Shown: piece after piece, positions 6,257 to 14,941 of the stretch
Layout of the letters: each line of letters begins with the position of its first letter
How positions within the stretch are numbered: position 1 is the first letter of the stretch
NCBI GenBank assembly: GCA_038045365.1
Contig: JBBSYH010000005.1
Span: 12,713 to 64,733 of the forward strand
Origin: Nanobdellota archaeon
Lineage (GTDB): Archaea > Nanobdellota > Nanobdellia > Pacearchaeales > GW2011-AR1
DNA: 52,021 nt
Direction of reading: 5' to 3'
Notes under the pieces: generated by a model
The model's input: only the letters and a program-made list of their open reading frames with translations
Database searches by the model: none
Told to the model about the DNA's origin: nothing
Translations under genes and position numbers: made by a program

Positions 6257-8848
6257 ATGGATGAAATAAAGTATCTGAAAAAGCCGAATGGAATAAGTGA
6301 AATCAAAGATATACTTCACCCTCTTGTTCGTGAGTGGTTTTTTTCGCGCTTTGAGGAGTTTTCGTTGACGCAGTTGTATGGGGTGAAGCAAATAAATGAT
6401 AGAAAAAACATATTAATTAGTGCTCCTACTGGAGGAACTAAGACATTGACTGCTTTTTTGGGGGTTATTAATTATTTAGTTGAATTGGCTTTGAGGAAAG
6501 AACTGGAGAATAAAATATATGCTTGTTACTGCTCTCCTCTAAAAGCTCTGTCTGGAGATATTTATGTTAATTTAGTAGAACCTTTGAAAGAAATAAAGGA
6601 ATTGGCAAAGAAAAAAGAGATTGAAATGCAGGAAATCAGAGTTGGATTAAGAACAGGAGATACTGATACAAAGGAAAGAGTAAAACAAGCCAAGAATATA
6701 CCACATATTTATGTTACAACTCCTGAAAGTCTTGCTATTGTACTTACAACCAGCAAGTTTGTGGAGGGCATTAAGGCCTTGGAATTTATTATGATTGATG
6801 AGATTCATGCATTGACTAATAAGAGGGGAGTTTATTTGAGTTTGACTCTGGAAAGACTGTGCAATTTTAGTGTTATAGAGCCTGTTAGAATTGGCTTAAG
6901 TGCAACAATTTCTCCCTTAGAAGAAATAGCTCGTTTTTTAGTGGGTAAGGGAAGGGATTGCCTAATTGCTAATGTTAAATTAAATAAAAAAATTGAAATT
7001 GGGCTTGATTATCCTGGAGAAAGCATTCTTGAAGCAGAGAATGTTGAGAGCCAGAAGAAACTTTATTATTTACTTGATGAATTAATTGAAAAAAACAGGA
7101 CAACTTTGATATTTACAAATACCAGAGCAGCTACTGAAAGGATTATTCATTATTTAGATCTGCATTTTCCAAAAAAATATGCTGGCTTAATAGGGGCACA
7201 TCATAGCAGCATGAGCAAGGAAAAGAGGTTTGAGATTGAGAATAGATTGAGAAATGGAGAATTGAAGGTTGTTGTAAGCAGCACCTCGCTTGAATTGGGA
7301 ATTGATATAGGAAGTATTGACTTGGTTGTATTATTGAGAAGTCCGAAAAGTGTTGCAAGGGCGCTGCAAAGAATTGGAAGAGCAGGGCATAAACTCCATG
7401 AAAATCCTAGGGGTGTTTTTATTGTTCTTGATAGGGATGATTTGGTTGAGTGTGGGGTGTTAATGAAGGGGATAATTGAAAATAAGATTGACAGAGCTGA
7501 AATTCCAAAGAACTGCCTGGATGTATTGGCTCAACAGATTTATGGAATGGCTATAAGCAAAATATGGGATGTTGATGAAATGCTTGTTACAATAAGGAAG
7601 AGCTATTGTTATGAGAATTTAGGCAGAGAGGATTTTCTTGATATTGTTAGTTATTTGGCTGGAGAATATGCATTAGAGCATAGACATGTTTATGCAAAGA
7701 TTTGGTATAATGAAAAAGAGAAAAAGATTGGGAAAAGAGGCAAATTGGCTAGAGTGATTTATATGACGAACATAGGGACTATTCCTGAAGAGGGGTTTAT
7801 CAATGTGGTTGTACAAAGCGGGGGGGAAAAGGGAAATATTGTGGGTAAGATTGATGAAGGATTTCTAGAAAAGATGAAAAGAGGAGATATCTTTGTTTTG
7901 GGAGGAGCGAAATACCAGTTTTTATTTTCAAGAGGAATGAAAGCTTATGTTAAATCAGGAGTAACTAAAAATCCTACAATTCCTTCCTGGTTTTCAGAGA
8001 TGCTGCCGTTAAATTTTGAAGTTGCACTGGAAATAGGGAGGTTCAGGAAGCTTGTAAATGAAAGATTAGATGATAAAAATAAATGTATTGAGTTTATTGC
8101 GGAGCATTTATATTGTAAAAAAGAAGTAGGAGAAGAAATTTATGATTATTTTAGTGAGCAGAAAGAGTTTGCTGAGGTTCCTGATGAAAATAAACTAATA
8201 ATTGAGAAGTTTAAAGAGGAGAAGGAGTATTTGGTTTTCCACAGCTGTTATGGGAGAAGAGTTAATGAGGCGCTGGCGAGAGCTTATGCTTTTTCTGCTG
8301 CAAGATTAAGGTATAGGGATGTTGAGATAGGAGTTGGAGATCATGGTTTTTTTATTGCTGGAGAGAAACTGGATGAGGATAGAATAATTTCTTTGATAAA
8401 AAGCAAAGAATTGAGGAGCGTCTTAGCAGAGGCAATTGAAAAGACAGAGATTTTGCAGAGAAGATTTAGACATTGTGCTGCGAGAAGCCTGATGATTTTG
8501 AGAAACTATAAGGGAAGAGAGAAAAGTGTGGGAAAACAGCAAGTGCATTCAGGATTTTTGCTGGCTGCTGTGAGAAAGATAAGCAATGTGTTTCCTATAC
8601 TGCGCGAGGCGAGGCGCGAGGTTTTGGAAGATGTGATGGATATTGGGAATGCGGAGAAAGTTTTGAAATGGATTGAAGAAGGAAAAGTTAAAGTAAAGCG
8701 AATAAGAACGCTGTTGGTGTCGCCGTTTGGTGTAAATTTAATAATACAGGGGCGCTCGGACTTGATTAAAATGGAAGATAGGGCGAGTTTCTTAAAGAGA
8801 ATGCATGAACTGCATTTGAAAGTGATTGATAGTAAAAAGAATAGTTAG
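6257..8848 (+). CDS. lhr: Lhr-family DEAD/DEAH-box helicase (Lhr-core type)
   Basis: 863 aa. Motif I SAPTGGTKT, motif II MIDEIH, SAT, TNTR, HHSSMSKEKR, SSTSLELGIDIG, QRIGRAGH, plus a long C-terminal domain as in Lhr helicases. Confidence 0.85.
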   Translation: MDEIKYLKKPNGISEIKDILHPLVREWFFSRFEEFSLTQLYGVKQINDRKNILISAPTGGTKTLTAFLGVINYLVELALRKELENKIYACYCSPLKALSGDIYVNLVEPLKEIKELAKKKEIEMQEIRVGLRTGDTDTKERVKQAKNIPHIYVTTPESLAIVLTTSKFVEGIKALEFIMIDEIHALTNKRGVYLSLTLERLCNFSVIEPVRIGLSATISPLEEIARFLVGKGRDCLIANVKLNKKIEIGLDYPGESILEAENVESQKKLYYLLDELIEKNRTTLIFTNTRAATERIIHYLDLHFPKKYAGLIGAHHSSMSKEKRFEIENRLRNGELKVVVSSTSLELGIDIGSIDLVVLLRSPKSVARALQRIGRAGHKLHENPRGVFIVLDRDDLVECGVLMKGIIENKIDRAEIPKNCLDVLAQQIYGMAISKIWDVDEMLVTIRKSYCYENLGREDFLDIVSYLAGEYALEHRHVYAKIWYNEKEKKIGKRGKLARVIYMTNIGTIPEEGFINVVVQSGGEKGNIVGKIDEGFLEKMKRGDIFVLGGAKYQFLFSRGMKAYVKSGVTKNPTIPSWFSEMLPLNFEVALEIGRFRKLVNERLDDKNKCIEFIAEHLYCKKEVGEEIYDYFSEQKEFAEVPDENKLIIEKFKEEKEYLVFHSCYGRRVNEALARAYAFSAARLRYRDVEIGVGDHGFFIAGEKLDEDRIISLIKSKELRSVLAEAIEKTEILQRRFRHCAARSLMILRNYKGREKSVGKQQVHSGFLLAAVRKISNVFPILREARREVLEDVMDIGNAEKVLKWIEEGKVKVKRIRTLLVSPFGVNLIIQGRSDLIKMEDRASFLKRMHELHLKVIDSKKNS

Positions 8849-8932
8849 GATGGTTTGATAGTATATTTAGTTGATGAAAAGATTGAGGGGCCACATAGAA
8901 AGATTTATATATTTTGTAGACGTACAAAAAGT

Positions 8933-9391
8933 ATGCCTTATAGAGAAATAAAAGTCAGGAACAACAATAAATATTACTATAGAGCAATCTCTCTAAGAAA
9001 AGGGAGAAAGGTTGTGAAAAGAAGATATTACTTAGGAAAAAATCTTTCACCCGAAAGTCTGAAGGATAAAGAAAGCAGAGTGGACGCTACGCTTCGTTTA
9101 GACAAAAGTAAGAAGAGTATTGCTGTAATAAAAGATAAAATTATTTCTGTACTTAAAAGATATCGTGTTAAAAGAGCCGGCATCTTTGGCAGTTATGCGC
9201 GGGGAGAGAACAAAGAAGGCAGTGATGTTGATATTCTTATTGAGCCGCCTAAGGGAATGGGTCTTGCTTTTGTCGCTCTATCTCTAGATTTAGAAAAGTC
9301 TCTTGGGAAAAAAGTTGATGTTCTAACATATGATGGAATAAGCCCTTATTTAAAAAAGTCGATAATGGAAGATGAGCAGAGGGTATTATGA
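8933..9391 (+). CDS. mntA: Minimal nucleotidyltransferase (MntA-like antitoxin) with an N-terminal basic extension
   Basis: GIFGSYARGENKEGSDVDILIE is the GSx10-SDxD NTase signature. First ATG is at 8933, with TTTATATA 23-30 nt upstream (the ORF track starts at TTG 8855). ATGA overlap with the next gene. Confidence 0.75.
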   Translation: MPYREIKVRNNNKYYYRAISLRKGRKVVKRRYYLGKNLSPESLKDKESRVDATLRLDKSKKSIAVIKDKIISVLKRYRVKRAGIFGSYARGENKEGSDVDILIEPPKGMGLAFVALSLDLEKSLGKKVDVLTYDGISPYLKKSIMEDEQRVL

Positions 9392-9720
9392 CAAAACATA
9401 GTGATGTACCCTATATTCAGCACATGCTTGAAGCTATTGAAGATATAGAAGAATCTATAGGGGATTTGTCAAAAGAGGAATTCGTAGCAAATAAAGACGC
9501 ACGAGATGCTAATATAAGAAGGCTTGAAATTATTGGTGAGGCAGTCAAAAATCTTTCAAAAGAATTTAGAGAGAAGAATAGTGAAATTGAATGGAATAAA
9601 ATTGCAGGGACAAGAGACAAGGTTATTCATAATTACTTCGGAGTTAACCTTGCCATTGTTTGGGAAATCATAAAGAAAGACCTTCCTGAACTCAAGAAAA
9701 AACTAAAGAAGATAGTATAG
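9388..9720 (+). CDS. hepT: HEPN/DUF86 toxin (HepT-like)
   Basis: 110 aa. Rx4H motif in GTRDKVIHNYFGV. 4-nt ATGA overlap with the NTase gene. Confidence 0.75.
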   Translation: MTKHSDVPYIQHMLEAIEDIEESIGDLSKEEFVANKDARDANIRRLEIIGEAVKNLSKEFREKNSEIEWNKIAGTRDKVIHNYFGVNLAIVWEIIKKDLPELKKKLKKIV

Positions 9721-9755
9721 TGAGAAAACAGTGTTAGGAAAGTAGTGAAAGAATT

Positions 9756-10181
9756 TTATCTTTCTTCTGAATGAGTTTGTTGTGTAGTGTTTTTCGTGAT
9801 GTAGTTTTCTAATGTTAAACGGTTTATGCTTCCGAGATAGTTTTCTTTGCTGTTGTCTCCTCTGCTTGCCCCTAAGTAAATATTTACGCGGTTTAGATAG
9901 TTAGGAATGAGATAAATCCCTGCGCCTTCTGGAAGAATTTTGTCTTTGAGAGGTGTTTCATTAAGGAATTCGCGCTGCTCTTGTAAAGACCATATTTTAT
10001 CCTCGCCTGCTGAAAGAGCGATTGTTTGCTGGACAATTGCATCAATATCTTTTGGTTTAGGTTTTTGAGGTGTTATGTCCTTGGCCTTTAGGATGGGGTA
10101 CATGCCTATACTTATTGATAGTGTAAGTGTAGTCAATAGCGTACATCCAATAAAACAATTTTTGAACTTTTGGGATATCAT
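9756..10181 (-). CDS. Secreted or lipoprotein-like hypothetical protein
   Basis: 141 aa. N-terminal hydrophobic signal with Cys (FIGCTLLTTLTLS). No catalytic motif recognised. Confidence 0.35.
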   Translation of the reverse strand: MISQKFKNCFIGCTLLTTLTLSISIGMYPILKAKDITPQKPKPKDIDAIVQQTIALSAGEDKIWSLQEQREFLNETPLKDKILPEGAGIYLIPNYLNRVNIYLGASRGDNSKENYLGSINRLTLENYITKNTTQQTHSEER

Positions 10182-10278
10182 GCTTTTTCAAGTGTTTGGG
10201 AATTTATAAATCTATTTCTTGGTTGTTATCTTGGGAAGTGGTGAAAAAGCTTAATTAGGTGTTATTAATATTGTTTAT

Positions 10279-10992
10279 ATGGTAAAGATAAATTATATTG
10301 GGAAATGTGTGCTTATTGATGGAGGAAAAGAAAGAATTTTAGTTGTGGGGGATTTGCATTTTGGATATGCTGAGAGATTAAAAATAGGTGGGGTTGAGAT
10401 AGAAGAGAAGAGATTTCTTGAAATGATTGAAGAATTTGATGAAATTTTCTTGAAAGTTGGGAGGGGAATAAGTAAAATTGTTTTACTTGGTGATTTGAAA
10501 CATGGTTTTTCTGAATTAAGTATAAATGAAAGAGAGGAATTGGGGCGGTTTTTTGATTATTTAGGGGGAAAATGTGGGGAGATTGTTGTTATTAGAGGAA
10601 ATCATGATAATTATTTATTAAATATAACTAAAAGGAGAGGATTGGAAATTAAAGAAAGTTATTTTGGAGAGGGATGTTTTTTTATGCATGGAGATCAAGA
10701 AATTAAAGAAATGTTGGGCGAGAAAGTTGGTGTTGTTATAATGGCGCATTTACATCCTATTGTGGAGTTGCGAGGGGGAGTGAAAAGTGAAAAATATAAA
10801 TGTTTTTTAGAGGGGAATTATAAGGGAAAGAAAATAATTATCTTGCCTAGTTTTGCTGATGTTGGAGGCGGACTTGATGTTCGGGAAATAATAAGGAAAA
10901 AAATATTTGGATTTAATTGGAAAAAGTTTAATGTGTTAGCTATTGGAGAAAAAAGTGTTTTGGATTTTGGGGAATTGGGAAAGATAAGTTAA
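10279..10992 (+). CDS. Calcineurin-like metallophosphoesterase (MJ0037 / Lhr- and ligase-associated MPE-like)
   Basis: Metallophosphoesterase motifs VVGDLHFG, LLGDLKHG, RGNHD, MHGD, AHLHP. Confidence 0.7.
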   Translation: MVKINYIGKCVLIDGGKERILVVGDLHFGYAERLKIGGVEIEEKRFLEMIEEFDEIFLKVGRGISKIVLLGDLKHGFSELSINEREELGRFFDYLGGKCGEIVVIRGNHDNYLLNITKRRGLEIKESYFGEGCFFMHGDQEIKEMLGEKVGVVIMAHLHPIVELRGGVKSEKYKCFLEGNYKGKKIIILPSFADVGGGLDVREIIRKKIFGFNWKKFNVLAIGEKSVLDFGELGKIS

Positions 10993-11414
10993 TCTTTTTT
11001 AAGTTCTGCTTGTGGTATGGCGAGATGGTGGGGGATATTAATGTCCTCTTCTAAAGACATTGCTTTTCCGGTGCATTTTCTTAGGATAAAGTTGAAAAGA
11101 GGAACCTTTACTGTGCCTGTCAGCTCTTTTTTCTTCCAGGACTTAATAATATCTCGTGTTTCTTCTTTTTCTGTGGCGAGAAGAAGAAAGCCTTGGAAAA
11201 GAATTTCCCCTTGTTTGACTGTCTTTTTCTCATTTTCTAAATAAGAGATAGAATATTTGAAATCTATTTTTATTGTGTCTGTGTTTGGGATTATGTCTGT
11301 TTTTGTTTTCTCAATTTCTGTAAATTCTATGGTTGTATTTATTGAAAAATGTGATTTAAATTCATCCATGCGATCTGCTGATATTTTTGTAAGATTAAAT
11401 CCTATTATTTTCAT
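10989..11414 (-). CDS. Conserved-looking hypothetical protein (weak resemblance to the SecB-like fold pattern)
   Basis: 141 aa. The alternating beta-like N-terminus and the ILFQGFLLL / PLFNFILRK segments recall SecB by eye only. Confidence 0.25.
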   Translation of the reverse strand: MKIIGFNLTKISADRMDEFKSHFSINTTIEFTEIEKTKTDIIPNTDTIKIDFKYSISYLENEKKTVKQGEILFQGFLLLATEKEETRDIIKSWKKKELTGTVKVPLFNFILRKCTGKAMSLEEDINIPHHLAIPQAELKKD

Positions 11415-11427
11415 TTTGTGTTAAAAG

Positions 11428-11688
11428 TTAGGTTAGGTCTTCTTCCGATACTACTACAAAATCTTCGATTGCAATTATTGTATTATATGGGATGAGGACT
11501 TCTTTTTTTGGGGAAAGCTCGAGATTGATATTCCTCGTGTATGTGGTGGCGTCTTTGATGATTAATTGGATAAGTTCCCCTGTTTTGGTTTCGAAGGATA
11601 TGTCTTTTACTATTCCTAACCTCCTGCCCTCTTTAGTAACTACGAGTTTTCCTATGATGTCTTTTAATGGTCTTTTATCTATGGCCAT
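11428..11688 (-). CDS. PRC-barrel domain protein
   Basis: 86 aa. LKDIIGKLVVTKEGRRLGIVKDISFETKTGELIQLII is the typical PRC-barrel pattern. Confidence 0.55.
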   Translation of the reverse strand: MAIDKRPLKDIIGKLVVTKEGRRLGIVKDISFETKTGELIQLIIKDATTYTRNINLELSPKKEVLIPYNTIIAIEDFVVVSEEDLT

Positions 11689-11699
11689 GTGTGGCTAAA

Positions 11700-12179
11700 A
11701 TATGGATTATATATAAACTTTTCTACAAATTTTTTTACTTTTATAAAGGAACGAATGTTGAGACCCTATTGTTTCTAGTGGAAGTTTGAGATAGATTTAT
11801 AAAGAAATAGAGAGTTTATTGTTTTTAAAATTTATTTAAAAAGATTTATATTATATATTATATTATATTATAATTATTATATTATAAAGTAAATAATACA
11901 ATATAGCTTATGTAATTATTAGATTATAGGATATAATATAATACGCGTTAATGTTTATAATATAGTTTGTTTGTTATAATATTTATAAAAATATAGTTCG
12001 TTGTAATATTTATTTAGTATGTGTTTGGAGTGGAAACCATGGTGTAATGGTTTTTTTACAATATATTAAAGTTAGGAGATTTTTTCTTTATATTTTCGTT
12101 TTTCCATAGGAAATAGAGGCCAGACAATAGATAAATTTATAATTGGGATTGATCAGATTTAAAATATAAAGAGGTAAAA
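11700..12179. other. Putative replication origin (oriC) upstream of orc1/cdc6
   Basis: 480-bp non-coding AT-rich region. ORB-core-like boxes ctAGTGGAAGt (11775-11785) and ggAGTGGAAAC (12027-12037) flank about 240 bp of almost pure A/T. Imperfect direct repeat at about 11959-12013. Dyads AAACCAT/ATGGTTT (12034-12053) and TTTCCataGGAAA (12101-12113). Confidence 0.6.
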
Positions 12180-13385
12180 ATGGATAATTTAGATAAAATA
12201 TTTAGTTCTTTTATTAATAATAATTTATTTAATAATAAGTCGGTGTTACAGTCGAATTATAGCCCGAATAATATCACCCATAGAGACGAGCAAATAAGCG
12301 CAATTGCTTCAATTCTTGCGCCTGCGCTAAGAGGAGAAAGAGCAAGTAATTTATTTGTTTTTGGGAATACAGGATGCGGCAAAACATTGAGCGTACATTA
12401 TGTCTGCCACAAAATAATTCAAAAGTTAAAAGAAGTAGGAGAAGAACATTTGAAATTTATATATATAAATTGTAAATTAAAGAAAGTAGCTGATACAGAA
12501 TATAGAATTGTAGCAGAAATGATAAATGAACTAGGTGGGAAAGTGCCTGCAACAGGACTTCCAACAGACCAGGTATATGAGAAATTTATAGAATTGATAG
12601 ACCGGAAGAGACAAATTATAATAATTGTTCTTGACGAGATTGACCAAGCAATAAAAAAAATAGATGACAATTTTCTTTATACACTTACTAGATTAAATTC
12701 TTCATTAAAAAATGCACAAATAAGCCTTATAGGAATAAGCAATAGCCTTACTTTTATGGATCATCTTGATCCGAGAGTTAGAAGCTCATTAGGGGAGGAG
12801 GAAATAGTTTTCCCCGCATACCACGCACTTCAATTACAAGATATTTTAAGAAAAAGAGCTGAAAAGGCTTTTAAGGAAGGAGTTTTAGAGGAAGGAGTGA
12901 TTGCAAAATGTGCGGCGTATGCAGCGCGCGAACATGGAGACGCGCGGAGAGCTCTTGATTTATTAAGGGTGGCAGGAGAAATAGCAGAAAGAGAAAACAA
13001 AGATAAAATACTTTTAGAGCATATAGATTCAGCAAATCAAAAAATAGAGAGAGATAAGATTCTTGATACGATAGAGGGTTCTCCAAGACAATTTCAATTG
13101 GTTCTGTCTGCAATAATTTCTCTCACACAAAAAAACAGCGAAGACGGTATTTTTACAGGAGACGTATATTCATCATACCAAGAGGCATGCAAGATAACAA
13201 AAAACGACATATTAACACAAAGAAGAGTTTCAGACATATTAGCTGAATTAGATATGTTTGGAATAATAAATACTAGAGTAATAAGCAAAGGAAGACAAGG
13301 AAGGACAAGAGAAATAAAGCTCATGCTTTCCTCAAACATAAAAAACAAAGCAAGAGAAATAATAGACAAATCATTATACATATGA
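12180..13385 (+). CDS. orc1: Orc1/Cdc6 replication initiator (AAA+)
   Basis: 401 aa. Walker A GNTGCGKT, Walker B VLDEID, and a C-terminal winged-helix region. GAGGT lies 5 nt upstream of the ATG. Confidence 0.9.
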   Translation: MDNLDKIFSSFINNNLFNNKSVLQSNYSPNNITHRDEQISAIASILAPALRGERASNLFVFGNTGCGKTLSVHYVCHKIIQKLKEVGEEHLKFIYINCKLKKVADTEYRIVAEMINELGGKVPATGLPTDQVYEKFIELIDRKRQIIIIVLDEIDQAIKKIDDNFLYTLTRLNSSLKNAQISLIGISNSLTFMDHLDPRVRSSLGEEEIVFPAYHALQLQDILRKRAEKAFKEGVLEEGVIAKCAAYAAREHGDARRALDLLRVAGEIAERENKDKILLEHIDSANQKIERDKILDTIEGSPRQFQLVLSAIISLTQKNSEDGIFTGDVYSSYQEACKITKNDILTQRRVSDILAELDMFGIINTRVISKGRQGRTREIKLMLSSNIKNKAREIIDKSLYI

Positions 13386-14941
13386 ATGAAGAAATTTTAA
13401 AAACAATCAAGGAAAAAGGACTACTATTGGAAAAAGAAGTATTTGATTTAATCAGTAATTTTAGAGATATAAAAGCGGCACAGGATTTTTTGGGTTTGGT
13501 TGAGAGGCATTCCAGTGAGAAAATAATAACTAAAGCTGTTTTAAACAAAAATTACGAACAACTTAGGAAAATAACTAATAAATTTAATGAAGAGAGCAAA
13601 AATTCAGCCGAAGAGATTTTTGTCAGACTTGGGTTGAATTTGGAAATATATGGGAAAAAAGAGACAATAGAAAAGAAAGAAGAGAGAAATTCAAAATTTA
13701 AGATATTTTATGCAGATACAAAAATAGAAAAAAAAATAGAAGTTTCGGATTTTACAGAAAATTTAAAATCTAGATACCAACAACTTCAAAGGATTTTGAT
13801 GCAGAGAGCAGATTTATCGAATTTGATATCAATAAATAAAATAAATTCCGCAAGGCAGAATTTAAGCATTATAGGGTTGGTTAAGGAGAAAAGAACCACA
13901 AAGAACAAAAACATAATAATTATTTTAGAAGATTTGACTGGAGAGATAAGCATTTTAGTAAAACAAGAAAATAGAGAAACTTTTTCTAAGGCACAGGAAT
14001 TACAACTTGATGAGGTAGTTGCTGTAAAGGCTTCAGGAAATAGGGATTTGCTTTTTACCAATAATATTTATTTTCCAGATTCACATATATATGAAAAGAC
14101 AAAATTTGATGAGGACATATGCGTTGCTTTTTTATCTGATGTACATTGCGGTAGCGACAGGCACCTTTCAAGGAGCTTTCAAAAGTTTTTAGAATGGATA
14201 AATAGCGAGGATGAGTGCGCTAAAAAAATAAAATATCTTTTTTTTTTAGGAGACAATGTAGATGGAGTCGGAATATTTCCCGGACAAGAGAATTTTCTAG
14301 CAATAAAAAGCATTAAGGAGCAGTACGATCTTCTTGCCAATTACATAAAAAAAATACCAAAACACATAACAATTTTTATGTGTCCTGGACAGCACGATGC
14401 AACAAGAGTAGCTGAGCCACAGCCAATCATAGATAAAAAATATGCTGCTTCTTTGTATGAAATTGAAAATCTTGTTCTTGTTACGAACCCGACAATGGTT
14501 AAACTATACGAGGGGAAAAAAGAATTCAGGTTTCTAATGTATCATGGAGCGAATATTCATAATTTTATAAGTGAAGTGCCTGAACTTAGAGAAATGAAAG
14601 CGCACAGTCGTCCAGCAAAAGCAGTGTGCCACATGCTAAAAAGAAGACATCTGGCTCCAACACATTCTTCTGTTTTATATATTCCAAATGCAGAAAGAGA
14701 TCCACTAGTAATATCTGAAGTGCCAGATGTTTTATGCACGGGGGAAGTGCACAGATTAGATATAGAAAATTATAATGGAGTTCTTATAATTACGGGCAGC
14801 TGCTGGCAAGCTAGAACACCATTTGAGGAAAAAGTAGGAAACATCCCTGATCCTGCAAAAGTTCCAGTCTTAAATTTGAGAAACAGAGAATTGAAAATAT
14901 TTGATTTTGGAGTACAGGAGGAGATAAACGATGAATATTGA
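13382..14941 (+). CDS. dp1: DNA polymerase II (PolD) small subunit DP1
   Basis: 519 aa. OB-like middle region and calcineurin-type phosphoesterase motifs (FLSDVHCGS, GDNVDG, GQHD, YHGAN). ATGA overlap with orc1. Confidence 0.9.
   Translation: MNEEILKTIKEKGLLLEKEVFDLISNFRDIKAAQDFLGLVERHSSEKIITKAVLNKNYEQLRKITNKFNEESKNSAEEIFVRLGLNLEIYGKKETIEKKEERNSKFKIFYADTKIEKKIEVSDFTENLKSRYQQLQRILMQRADLSNLISINKINSARQNLSIIGLVKEKRTTKNKNIIIILEDLTGEISILVKQENRETFSKAQELQLDEVVAVKASGNRDLLFTNNIYFPDSHIYEKTKFDEDICVAFLSDVHCGSDRHLSRSFQKFLEWINSEDECAKKIKYLFFLGDNVDGVGIFPGQENFLAIKSIKEQYDLLANYIKKIPKHITIFMCPGQHDATRVAEPQPIIDKKYAASLYEIENLVLVTNPTMVKLYEGKKEFRFLMYHGANIHNFISEVPELREMKAHSRPAKAVCHMLKRRHLAPTHSSVLYIPNAERDPLVISEVPDVLCTGEVHRLDIENYNGVLIITGSCWQARTPFEEKVGNIPDPAKVPVLNLRNRELKIFDFGVQEEINDEY

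Noticed and set aside
8855-8932. TTG-initiated N-terminal extensions in the ORF track (8855, 2483, 26896, 33550, 39544, 41487, 41923; also ATG 42912)
   Set aside because: In each case a downstream ATG fits better. It has a TATA-like box at leaderless distance, or a start/stop coupling, or it restores the M-N-K-x-G pilin leader. The extensions add no recognisable sequence.
11775-12037. Calling the two AGTGGAA-containing boxes bona fide ORB elements
   Set aside because: Not rejected outright, but downgraded. Only the 8-11-nt core matches the ORB consensus I recall, and both copies are in the same orientation. They are reported as ORB-like only.
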